NCBI GenBank assembly: GCA_937922785.1
Contig: CALAJQ010000009.1
Span: 10,958 to 74,957, forward strand
From: an uncultured Acidimicrobiales bacterium
GTDB taxonomy: Bacteria > Actinomycetota > Acidimicrobiia > Acidimicrobiales > SZUA-35
Length of the DNA stretch: 64,000 nt
Reading direction: 5' to 3'
Below the pieces are notes generated by a model that was not told the DNA's origin, did no database searches, and saw nothing but the letters and a program-made list of their open reading frames with translations. Shown here one piece after another: positions 18,869 through 26,905 of the stretch (positions within the stretch are counted from its first letter, which is position 1; the number at the start of each line of letters is the position of its first letter). The position numbers and the translations under genes are program-made.

Positions 18869-19546
18869 CTATTCATCCAAAAGATCTTCAAGGTTCGGGA
18901 ACTTGTCTACTTCATTGTCAAGCGGTCGCTCGTCAGATCCGTCTAGGCCTATACACCCAGGCCCAGCCCAGATCGAGATTTCTATGCTGCCCCCATTGAC
19001 AAGAATGGTGACACGCCGAAAGTCGCGGAATGCGGCAAAGCCGAAGACCGGGAACTCACCCGGCACGTACTGGTAGAAAATTCTTGCAACTGACCATCCC
19101 TCGCGTTCGTAGTGCTGGGCGGCTGGTTCCATCTTCGGGTAGACACCTCTGGATAGCTCAGCGACCTTTGAGAGGTCTTTGCCACGTTCGAGGTCGCTCA
19201 AGAAAACCGTGCGATCACATATCTCACGCTTTGTCGAGCCAAGAAAAAAGGTGTCGCCAGATGGCCTGACTTCGATCAGTGCGTACGCTTCGTTTCGCAA
19301 GTCAACGACCTCTTGCTCTAGCTCGTCATAACCACAGGCCTTTGTGTACAGAGCGAAGAGACAGACCAAGACCAAGGCCAATCGGACTGCTCGATTGCTA
19401 AGGAGATTTCGCAAACGTATGTCCCCTAACAGTGACGATCCATTGGAACGAGACCATAGGCCATCGATCTTGCAGTTCCCTGGCATTCGGTCTGGCGTGA
19501 TCACGGGCTGCGTCGGCTGATCATTTATCATTTGCTGCTGTGGCAT
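18869..19546 (-). CDS. Hypothetical membrane-anchored protein
   Basis: 225-aa ORF with a single N-terminal hydrophobic segment (VRLALVLVCLFALYTKAC). Start is uncertain. Confidence 0.5.
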   Translation of the reverse strand: MPQQQMINDQPTQPVITPDRMPGNCKIDGLWSRSNGSSLLGDIRLRNLLSNRAVRLALVLVCLFALYTKACGYDELEQEVVDLRNEAYALIEVRPSGDTFFLGSTKREICDRTVFLSDLERGKDLSKVAELSRGVYPKMEPAAQHYEREGWSVARIFYQYVPGEFPVFGFAAFRDFRRVTILVNGGSIEISIWAGPGCIGLDGSDERPLDNEVDKFPNLEDLLDE

Positions 19547-20239
19547 TGGCAGCGGCAGACAGTCCGATTGTGATGCGAACGCTAAGCGGACAACAGAAGC
19601 ACGATGGCAGAGACCATCGGTGGTCGCAATAACTTCTCTCGTCGTCGTGACTGGAACGACTGCGGCGTGGTTTGTAAGGGATTTCGAGAGACGGCAAGCA
19701 ATTGCCCTCCTACACGAAGGCCCAAACCGAGTGTGAGCTCACGAGAATCGTTCAGGCTCAGTGATACTGCGATTGGCTGGACTGGCGGGGGTTCGAAACT
19801 CTCTAGCTCTGCCCACTGGTGCGGATCCTTGAAGCCTCTTGCGCTAGCACTGCTGGCTGTTTATTTGGCTCAGCGATCTTGCTAGTGTCTGCTGGCTTGG
19901 GCACGGCGAGTAGCGGTGCAGCCTGGTTTGTTGTTGCCTGACGTCAGCGTTCATGACGGTGACCGTGGTGCAGGAACGTTCCAACGGCTGGGCTTCAAGG
20001 CGCTTTTGCCGGTTCTCGGGGCGAGGATCTTTGGCGTCACGCTAAATGTGATCGTCACTGGCTTCTTCACCTAGGGGCGTACAACCACCGGGCCACAGGA
20101 TCGGCGGGAGAGCGTCGCAACTTGGTTCCCATCGCGCAGTCTTGATATGATCTGCCAGGAACGCACAGCACGTTGCACTGATTCCATTGAGACCGGCTCA
20201 CACTGCCTTTGCGGGCCCAGCCCGTGCGCCTGTAGGGAC

Positions 20240-21052
20240 TCAGTCACGATCCTCCGCTTTGGCGGTGTGGTTGGCGTCTGGGTTGTTGATGGTGATGTAT
20301 TCGAGGGCGCAGCGGCCTTCGGTGTGGATCCATTTGAGGACTTTCGGGAGATCTGCTGTACCGATGTGCGGCCCGGCGAGGGGGTGGTCTGCGAGGTTGG
20401 CGTTTGACTGGGTAGTCACCTGGTCTTGGTGTTTGTCGCAAGTGCCACCGATGTTCCATTTCATGCGTTCGTTGAGTCCGGGTTGGATTGAGACAATCGA
20501 TGCTGTCGGAGCGCGCTGGCATCGGGGTCTGGCGCATGTGAGGTCGTGGTTGTCGAAGCCGTGGTTATCGTGTTCGCACCCGTCTGATATTGATGAATGG
20601 GCGAATAGCAGGAGTTCGTGGAAGTCCGGGCGTGTAAGGCCAACGGTTCTTTTGGTGCGCACGAGCAGGGTTGGGGTGTTCCGTTGGCTTGCCCATTCGG
20701 TGGCGTCTTCGTAGAGTTCGTCGTCGATCCATGCAGTGGGTCTGTCTGCAACGTAGGAGGCGACGCTCGCGAGTTTGCGTGTGGGTGCTGTTGTCATCTG
20801 GAAGGTGACGTGTCGCATGGCTGACAGTTTTAGGAGGGGGCCGAACACTGTGTTGGCTGTAGGGCCCCAGGTTGTTGCCCATACGAGTTCGAAGAGGTGC
20901 GCTAGCTGAGATAGCCAGTACTGGTGGTTTTTGTGAATGGAGACGACGTATTCGTCTGTTTCGTGCCGCTGGTAGTGCGGTGGTGTTGTGTTGCCGGTGG
21001 GGTTGAGTACTCCGTCTACGTCTAGTAAGAGGAGGGGTTTCTGGTGTGGCAA
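20240..21052 (-). CDS. HAD-superfamily hydrolase-like protein with a Cys/His-rich C-terminal extension
   Basis: The N-terminus LLLLDVDGVLNP is HAD motif I (DxDG). About 160 aa form the HAD-like core, followed by about 110 extra residues (CEHDNHGFDNHDLTCARPRC...GGTCDKHQ...). Confidence 0.6.
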   Translation of the reverse strand: MPHQKPLLLLDVDGVLNPTGNTTPPHYQRHETDEYVVSIHKNHQYWLSQLAHLFELVWATTWGPTANTVFGPLLKLSAMRHVTFQMTTAPTRKLASVASYVADRPTAWIDDELYEDATEWASQRNTPTLLVRTKRTVGLTRPDFHELLLFAHSSISDGCEHDNHGFDNHDLTCARPRCQRAPTASIVSIQPGLNERMKWNIGGTCDKHQDQVTTQSNANLADHPLAGPHIGTADLPKVLKWIHTEGRCALEYITINNPDANHTAKAEDRD

Positions 21053-21462
21053 GGGATCCCCGTAGTTTCAGCTAAGCCGGAGCGGGCATCGGTCATTGAC
21101 CTGGCTCAAAGTGAGGTCGATCTGGGCCGGCGAGCACATGACTTTATTCTAGATGACCTGGTGTTCGCTGAATAAGAGGCGGCCTCGGAGTCGCCATGCA
21201 ATCCGTTCCGAGGAAGCTTCCGGACGTGACGGAGTGACCGATTGTAAACCAGCGAATTCACGGCTTCCACAGGGTCTAACGGCAGTCTAACTACCCGGAG
21301 GTAGGCACCCGGTTAGGCACCAATCCGCCAAGAACTGGTGCCGTTAACGCACATAATCCCTGGTCGACGTGCTGCTGTGTAGTACACCTGATCGAACTGT
21401 TTGGAAACCCAGCATTCGTAGCGAACTTAGAGCGTGCAACGATTCGCCTTTGACCGGCGGAG

Positions 21463-22074
21463 CTACGCTTCGATCACTCCAGTTACTAGCTTTGCATCGA
21501 TCGAGCCAGCTCGGGGTCGACTATTGAAATACCGCCCGGTTAGCGACCCGTTCGCAACCACAACCTGCGCAGCACCACTGTGGTCATTCATGTCGGAGTC
21601 TGCGACCCCGGGACGCACGCGGTTTTGATACATGTAGTCGAGCACTACTGACGAGCCATTCAAGGTCAGCGAGGCTGCCGAAGACCCGGACGTCGACGTT
21701 CCACGTTCGCCCGTCACAGCCATCGAGATGCTGATTCCAGTCCAAGTCTGCACGATTGTGATCTTCACATCTCGCGTTACGCGTTGATTGTTCTCGTCCT
21801 CGAACGTGGAAACGAGGTCTCCTGCGTAGTCACCAGAAACGTCGCTAACGTCTGAGAGGCCGAGGCTCCGGGCAAGCGGGTGTTTCCATAGGAGTCGGTC
21901 GAAGAGAGCGTAGAACGCTGCGTAGGTTACTGTGACCGAGGGGGCTGTCACGAGCCACTGGGGCCAGTTGAGCGTTGATGTCGCTACAGCGATTAACCAT
22001 GCGCTGACAACGGCAGGTATTGCCAGAGCCGCATAGATCTTTAAGCGTGAAGACGACGTTGAGTAGCTGTGCAT
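21463..22074 (-). CDS. cap15: CBASS effector: Cap15-like 2TM plus beta-barrel (S-2TMbeta) protein
   Basis: 203 aa with two N-terminal TM helices (IYAALAIPAVVSAWLIAVA; TAPSVTVTYAAFYALF). The beta-rich C-domain has motifs I associate with this family (ITIVQTWTGISISM; LDYMYQN; DHSGAAQVVV...LTGRYFNSRPRAGSI). Its start overlaps the CD-NTase stop (TGATG). Confidence 0.7.
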   Translation of the reverse strand: MHSYSTSSSRLKIYAALAIPAVVSAWLIAVATSTLNWPQWLVTAPSVTVTYAAFYALFDRLLWKHPLARSLGLSDVSDVSGDYAGDLVSTFEDENNQRVTRDVKITIVQTWTGISISMAVTGERGTSTSGSSAASLTLNGSSVVLDYMYQNRVRPGVADSDMNDHSGAAQVVVANGSLTGRYFNSRPRAGSIDAKLVTGVIEA

Positions 22075-22967
22075 CAGAATGTCTCCCAGAGAGCATCGGC
22101 GATGACCTGGCCGCGGCTCGGCGCAAAGTCACCTGGGTCGTCGATGAACAGTTTGTGGATCTCATCGCAGCTCACAAAGGCAGGCTTGTTCGCAAATTTC
22201 AGCCAAAGCAGGACTTCTTCGAGCCGATCTGTGTCATTGGTTACAAAGCGGTCCGCAGGGGCATTGAACGTCATGCATTCAAGCAAGTAACCCGGTGACA
22301 GGCCCCTGTCTAATCGACCCTCATCGACAGCGCGATTTCGTAGCCGCTTGAGCTGCCTGACCGTCTTCTTGTAGTTGCCGGAGCATGCATTGTTCTTGGT
22401 GTGGCCGTTCGCAATGTGTTGCTTCGGGAAGTTCGTGATGGGCTGCCCGGCAAGAGGCTTGATCGAGATTCCCTCGACGAAGTCATGGTAGATATCCGAG
22501 TCGGAGTACGGGTACCAACGATATTGAATGCAAGGAACCACATCGGCGTCGACGTATCCGTCTCGTTTGTCAACTTTGATGCATTTGTTCTTCGAGTGCA
22601 CGCGAGCCGAACCGTAGTAAGCGGTCAATGCGGCATGCACCTCTGATCTCAAGTCGCTTATCTGGTAACTCGAAGCCGGGAGCGCTTCATACCTGGCCTT
22701 TTGCGTTGGTCCAAGCCTGGTCGTAGAACCTCTGAAAGTCACTTTGGTCATGACCACCACATCTACATCGGAGTCTGCGCGGATGTTTGTGGCGTTGGCG
22801 TAACTGCCTTGGAGAAATATCTCAACGTTCCGTTGAGATTGGAGGTTTTTCAAAGCTGCTTTGATCGATGTATAAGTCTTCTGAGCGCTAGCGTCAGAGC
22901 CAGCTGCCGTCCAATTCGTATGATCTGTTCTCGAAGTCGTCACAAGTTCTGCTTCCCCGGCCGCCAT
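22074..22967 (-). CDS. CD-NTase / SMODS-family cyclic oligonucleotide synthase
   Basis: 297 aa. Pol-beta NTase signature FLQGSYANATNIRADSDVDVVV (GS...DxD), with a third acidic residue in YVDADVVP. The helical C-terminal half is typical of the family. It lies immediately upstream of the 2TM effector. Confidence 0.8.
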   Translation of the reverse strand: MAAGEAELVTTSRTDHTNWTAAGSDASAQKTYTSIKAALKNLQSQRNVEIFLQGSYANATNIRADSDVDVVVMTKVTFRGSTTRLGPTQKARYEALPASSYQISDLRSEVHAALTAYYGSARVHSKNKCIKVDKRDGYVDADVVPCIQYRWYPYSDSDIYHDFVEGISIKPLAGQPITNFPKQHIANGHTKNNACSGNYKKTVRQLKRLRNRAVDEGRLDRGLSPGYLLECMTFNAPADRFVTNDTDRLEEVLLWLKFANKPAFVSCDEIHKLFIDDPGDFAPSRGQVIADALWETF

Positions 22968-23234
22968 GCCTTCAAACTATGTATACCCATTTTACCGAAC
23001 TTACGTTCGAAATGACATGGCTGTAGTGCAAGTTCCCCTCAACATCCTCACAACATAGGCATTGTCCCTCGAAGTACGCTCGAAGCGTTCGCCGTCCGGT
23101 GTTCCGCCATTCTCTCGAAATCTTATGCTGAGGGACCTCGATGGCAAGCTCACTAACTCCGTGTTCAATCTCAACTGATTAGGCCATGCCGAGAGTGTCT
23201 CAAGGTCATGTAGGCAGTTGTCGATCACTCAGGG

Positions 23235-23870
23235 ATGAACAACAACCATAGGTTAGCAACACAAATCCCAAGCGAATTGTTGCACGAGCGTTGGGGGGAT
23301 ATGTCCGACTGGCTCGTCCATTTCACGAAAACACAAGACAACTTACAGTCGATTATCAAGAGCCTTGCTGTTGAGGCGAGCGGACCGTTTGGTCGAGCAA
23401 AAGATTTCGAAAAGGTCAGGGAGAGTCAAAAATCTGCGTGCCTCAGCGAGATTCCGCTCGACCATCTGCAGAGGTTGTACCGGCAGCACGGGCGTTGGGG
23501 TATTGGATTTCGGAAGGACTTTGTTACTGCGGCTGGGGGAGGGCGTGTTTGGCATGTTCAGCGGGACAGCGAGCTCGACCGAGCGTTGTTCGGTGTCTAC
23601 GGTGAGCAGATGTCTGACACCGTGAGCGGATTCTGGCAGTTGACTCCGTTTATGGACACGCTCGGACCGAACTACAATTTCGATTGGGAGCGTGAGTGGA
23701 GAGTCCCTGGCGGTCTGGCGTTTACCGAAGATGAAATTGGGTTTGTGGTTACCCCTGACGAGGCCGACAGTGATCAAGTCACAGTCAAATTGTGGAGGGA
23801 CAGTTCGTTCCGTAAACGCGGGATTTTGAGAAGGTCAGGCCGTCAAGCCCAATCAGGCTCGGCTAACTGA
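23235..23870 (+). CDS. AbiGi-like abortive-infection family protein (orphan)
   Basis: 211 aa. WLVHFTK...L.SII, then ACLSEIPLDHL..LY..HG.WGIGFRKDF and FDWEREWRVPG, match my recollection of the AbiGi (PF10899) pattern (LFHFT ... CFCDIPLS ... YG.YGIgf.K ... E.EWR). No abiGii-like partner follows. Confidence 0.5.
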   Translation: MNNNHRLATQIPSELLHERWGDMSDWLVHFTKTQDNLQSIIKSLAVEASGPFGRAKDFEKVRESQKSACLSEIPLDHLQRLYRQHGRWGIGFRKDFVTAAGGGRVWHVQRDSELDRALFGVYGEQMSDTVSGFWQLTPFMDTLGPNYNFDWEREWRVPGGLAFTEDEIGFVVTPDEADSDQVTVKLWRDSSFRKRGILRRSGRQAQSGSAN

Positions 23871-24299
23871 CCTCCGGTGTGATTACGAGGAACGGAGTTG
23901 CAAAGCCATCGGCAGCATGCGAAGAGCGGAGTCCGCTCGTGGCAGGAACCCTCCAATAGAGAAAATCTCGAGTGCATGGGAAGTGACAACTGAATCCGAG
24001 TCCTTGTACGGGATTTTCCAGGCTGTCCAGTCGAAGCGTCGGAATCGGGTGTGTTCTAATGCCAGTTCCGGGACCAATAAGGGCTGGCGGCAATACTTCC
24101 AACAGAGTGCTGCGTACCGAGCTGACGAAGTCGAACACGATCCGTAGTTTTGGTCATGGACCATATTGTCGATGGACTTGAGGTGCCCTGGCCCTTGAGG
24201 GGGTCATCGGAGCTGCCGGGGCGACGTCAACTCTGAAGCTGCGCTGTTTTCATTGAAGCGATTTCAGGTTTTGACAGAGATCCTGGCCCCGGAGAGCGG

Positions 24300-25607
24300 C
24301 TAGGCATCGGGGTTCTGATCATTATCAAATTGGTAGATCCCCGAAGTCTGAACCAAGAGATTGACAGCGTCAGCTTTGGTGACGTTGCCATTGGCCACTG
24401 CCCTTCGCAGCCTAAGCAGTTCCCTGGTGTCTATAACTAGCCCATTCACCTCAGCGAACAGATCCACGTCCTCTCGATTGGTAGCGAAGGGTACGGGTCG
24501 GTCTACCGGGCTCTTATCTAGGTTCTGGTTGATTATGTACCAGCGCGCTTCTGGCGGACGGCCAGTCTCATTCTCGAATAGCTGGGCCATCCTCTCAAGC
24601 CGGATCAGATCCCCCGTCTTCGCGCCGCCTCGTCCATACCCACGAACCTCAACGATGCACTCCCACGCCTCAAATGAGGGAACATCCAGTCTCAGGTCTT
24701 CGAGCAGCGTTGATCCGCTCCGTTCAGCATCCATATCGCGCACACCGAACCCGAGCTCGTCAAGCGCTTCGATGACATGTTGAACGAGGGTGTCCCCTTG
24801 GGTCGTGAGGAGCCCACGCCATGACGCGCCGGTAGAGGTCCGAATTGCGGCCAGGTCGACCTCAAGCTGTTTCTCCTCCACGCCAAATTTATCAACCAGC
24901 TGTGCATGGTCCGCTCTAAGCTCGGAAAGGCGCGCATCTGCCTGAATTTCTTCGGGGCTCATCCAGTCGGGATCTGCCGACCAATCAAAGATCGGTTTGA
25001 GATCGGGTGATTCTCGAGACCATCTATGAAGGGCAGCTTTAACCCACTTGCCGGGTGCTTCGACTGGCTCGACAAACACAATAAATTCTGGCTCTGCGCT
25101 TGCTCGATCTTCGCTTCCTGCTCTGCGCACAACACCAGCCAAGGGTCCAACAGCGGCAGACAGGAATGGGTCTAGGTGGAAGGCAGTCATGGAGACGTGG
25201 ACAATCGTCTTAATACTTGTCTTTGAGAGCCTCAAAATCTCGGGTTGAGCGAGTTCTCCAAAATCATCTGCCAGAGCGCTATCTGCGGGGAACTCCTCCA
25301 TAGCTCGTCCGACGATTCTTTCGCTGGACAGGAAGTGACCGATGTTGCCGCATTCGAACCAGATGGTCGGCGTAGTAGAACGGGCAGATGCGGGCGGCGT
25401 TCCTCCGATTCCTGTTACGGCATCCCACTCATCCATATTGATGGACCCGAACTCGCTCGGAGCGATTGTCTTTAGGGTCCCGACAATCGGCCTCAGTTCT
25501 GCTTCGAGTGAGTTCAGCACTGCCCGGTTTGGCTCGCCTCTACTGATATTTGCACGGCCCGAGATCACAAGGACCCTCGGTCTAGGAAGTTCGCCAATTA
25601 GAGCCAT
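24300..25607 (-). CDS. Uncharacterised protein: unknown N-terminal domain, coiled-coil, then a C-terminal Mrr/PD-(D/E)xK-like nuclease fold
   Basis: 435-aa ORF. The C-terminal third (GDTLVQHVIEALDELGFGVRDMD...LLEDLRLDV...WECIVEVRGYGRGGAKTGDLIRLERM...WYIINQN...GLVIDTRELLRL) has the spacing of Mrr-cat type restriction endonuclease domains: helix, LGF, D, ExK/R, then LIDxxxL. This is a fold-level guess only. Confidence 0.6.
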   Translation of the reverse strand: MALIGELPRPRVLVISGRANISRGEPNRAVLNSLEAELRPIVGTLKTIAPSEFGSINMDEWDAVTGIGGTPPASARSTTPTIWFECGNIGHFLSSERIVGRAMEEFPADSALADDFGELAQPEILRLSKTSIKTIVHVSMTAFHLDPFLSAAVGPLAGVVRRAGSEDRASAEPEFIVFVEPVEAPGKWVKAALHRWSRESPDLKPIFDWSADPDWMSPEEIQADARLSELRADHAQLVDKFGVEEKQLEVDLAAIRTSTGASWRGLLTTQGDTLVQHVIEALDELGFGVRDMDAERSGSTLLEDLRLDVPSFEAWECIVEVRGYGRGGAKTGDLIRLERMAQLFENETGRPPEARWYIINQNLDKSPVDRPVPFATNREDVDLFAEVNGLVIDTRELLRLRRAVANGNVTKADAVNLLVQTSGIYQFDNDQNPDA

Positions 25608-26040
25608 TTGAAAAGCCTATAGATAGGACTCCTGTGGTGGTCGAAGGATCAGCAACAAATCGTCCTCCTCGACGAGTAGGTCTGGACGAATGCCCGTCCA
25701 CCCCTGTGAATTTGCAACGTTTCTCAAAGTCTCGGGCCACTTCGATCATTTAGTGCTGCCGAAGTTCGCAAAATAAAGGTCAACTGTTAGATCCGTCGTG
25801 AGTTGAGCAGGTTGGCTGGTCGGGGGTGTTTTAGGTTTTGCGACTTGGCTATCGACCATTGAGGTCCGACTTCGACGAGCCATTGAACAAATGGTTCAAC
25901 ATCAATGGTGGTGGGTAGGCTTACCCCTTGATCGATCCGTCGCGCCCCTTACCCTAAGGTCTGTCGGGGCTCAGTCTCCTTTTGGTCGACACGGGGCTAA
26001 TTCTGTGCTGAGTCTCGACGTAGGTCTTGGCCATTAACAG

Positions 26041-26081
26041 GAATGAAGAAACCCCGGCCTCGCTAAGCGAGGGTCCGGGGT
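26041..26081 (-). terminator. Rho-independent terminator after the 76-aa ORF
   Basis: The minus strand reads GACCCCGGACCCTCGC-TTA-GCGAGGCCGGGGTTTCTTCATT, a GC-rich hairpin plus a T-rich tail. It starts 12 nt after the TAA at 26095..26093. Confidence 0.55.
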
Positions 26082-26092
26082 CTTGGGTTTGG

Positions 26093-26323
26093 TTAGTTCT
26101 GGAGTTCGTCGCGGATGTGACCTTTGAACTGCCTGAAACGAACCAATGGTGTGAATGGCACCTGATCTCGGCGGGCACCTCCTGCTGATAGCGGAAGGCC
26201 TGTGACGAGTTGGGGTTGATGCTCACGGACTAGCTGCAGAAGCACAAGATCCTGAGCAAACCTCAGCTGACGACGGCGAAGCCACCAGTCGTAGGGTGCC
26301 ATGAATGAGAAGTATCGAATCAT
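26093..26323 (-). CDS. Small hypothetical protein (76 aa), last gene before the terminator
   Basis: MIRYFSFMAPYDWWLRRRQLRFAQDLVLLQLVREHQ..., with AAAGGA 7 nt upstream of ATG 26323. The track ORF extends to 26437 (a Cys-rich HCCCSPCACG lead), which is an alternative start. Confidence 0.4.
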   Translation of the reverse strand: MIRYFSFMAPYDWWLRRRQLRFAQDLVLLQLVREHQPQLVTGLPLSAGGARRDQVPFTPLVRFRQFKGHIRDELQN

Positions 26324-26469
26324 CTCGGTCCTTTTGGGATTATTCGAACCCAGTGGGTTCAAGCGAGATGGTCGATCCACCTCACTGGCGCCACACGCGC
26401 AAGGCGAGCAGCAGCAGTGAGACTCATTACTATTCATATGATCTCATATATATGCAGCTTGGTCAATAT

Positions 26470-26895
26470 CTAGAAAGCTCCAAGACGTTGAGCGTGGTCC
26501 AGTGTTGCGCAGAGCTGATCAACCGCTTTTCGATATTTCACGTCGAATATGTAGCTGCCCTCGTAGGCGCGAACTTCAACCCATCCAGCTGGGCCGTCAA
26601 TCGGTGCGATCAGCGCGATGTCATTGAAGTCAACCTGGAACTCAACGTTGCGGTGACCCACGAACACAAGTCGGCCAAGCAAGGCGTCCCCGGCCAGAAG
26701 CCCAAACGTGCCCATGCCTTCGTGAGGAAGGGTGTGCATGTATCCAGGGATCAACGAGAAGGCGTTTGATCCGATGATCGAATCCAAACGATCAAGAAGT
26801 GGCGCGCCACCACTAATCAACCCACCAAATGGCCCCTTGATTAGCGCACGTTGGCGTAGCGACAAGTCGCTCTGAAGGTTATGGACACTTAGCAT
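26470..26895 (-). CDS. Hypothetical protein (141 aa)
   Basis: Strong RBS (AGGAGA) 6 nt upstream of the ATG. The start lies 10 nt after the stop of the upstream 410-aa gene. No recognisable motif. Confidence 0.6.
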   Translation of the reverse strand: MLSVHNLQSDLSLRQRALIKGPFGGLISGGAPLLDRLDSIIGSNAFSLIPGYMHTLPHEGMGTFGLLAGDALLGRLVFVGHRNVEFQVDFNDIALIAPIDGPAGWVEVRAYEGSYIFDVKYRKAVDQLCATLDHAQRLGAF

Positions 26896-26905
26896 TTCAT
26901 TTCTC

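Noticed and set aside
19604-20239. ORF 19604..19885 (+) and fragments resembling a membrane-protein C-terminus (…LLPVLGARIFGVTLNVIVTGFFT*)
   Set aside because: The frames are short and broken. This is probably eroded gene debris between island cargo genes. Evidence is insufficient to call a pseudogene family.
20147-20882. Multiple overlapping ORFs on both strands over the HAD-like gene (20187..20714 +, 20244..20537 -, 20461..20751 -, 20565..20882 -)
   Set aside because: Only the 20240..21052 frame has a recognisable motif (DxDG) and normal composition. The others are R/P/H/T-rich shadows.
23001-23228. 75-aa minus ORF in the CBASS/Abi divergent intergenic region
   Set aside because: It fills the promoter gap between two divergent genes. 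No RBS or motif. It is more plausibly regulatory DNA.
23863-24164. Three mutually overlapping ORFs of about 76-93 aa between the AbiGi-like gene and the 435-aa gene, considered as a possible abiGii partner
   Set aside because: No frame stands out, no RBS is present, and the sizes are far below AbiGii-type proteins. A decayed remnant cannot be excluded without a tblastn search.
25954-26226. 90-aa minus ORF overlapping the terminator hairpin and the 76-aa ORF
   Set aside because: It reads through the terminator stem-loop and overlaps a better-supported ORF out of frame.
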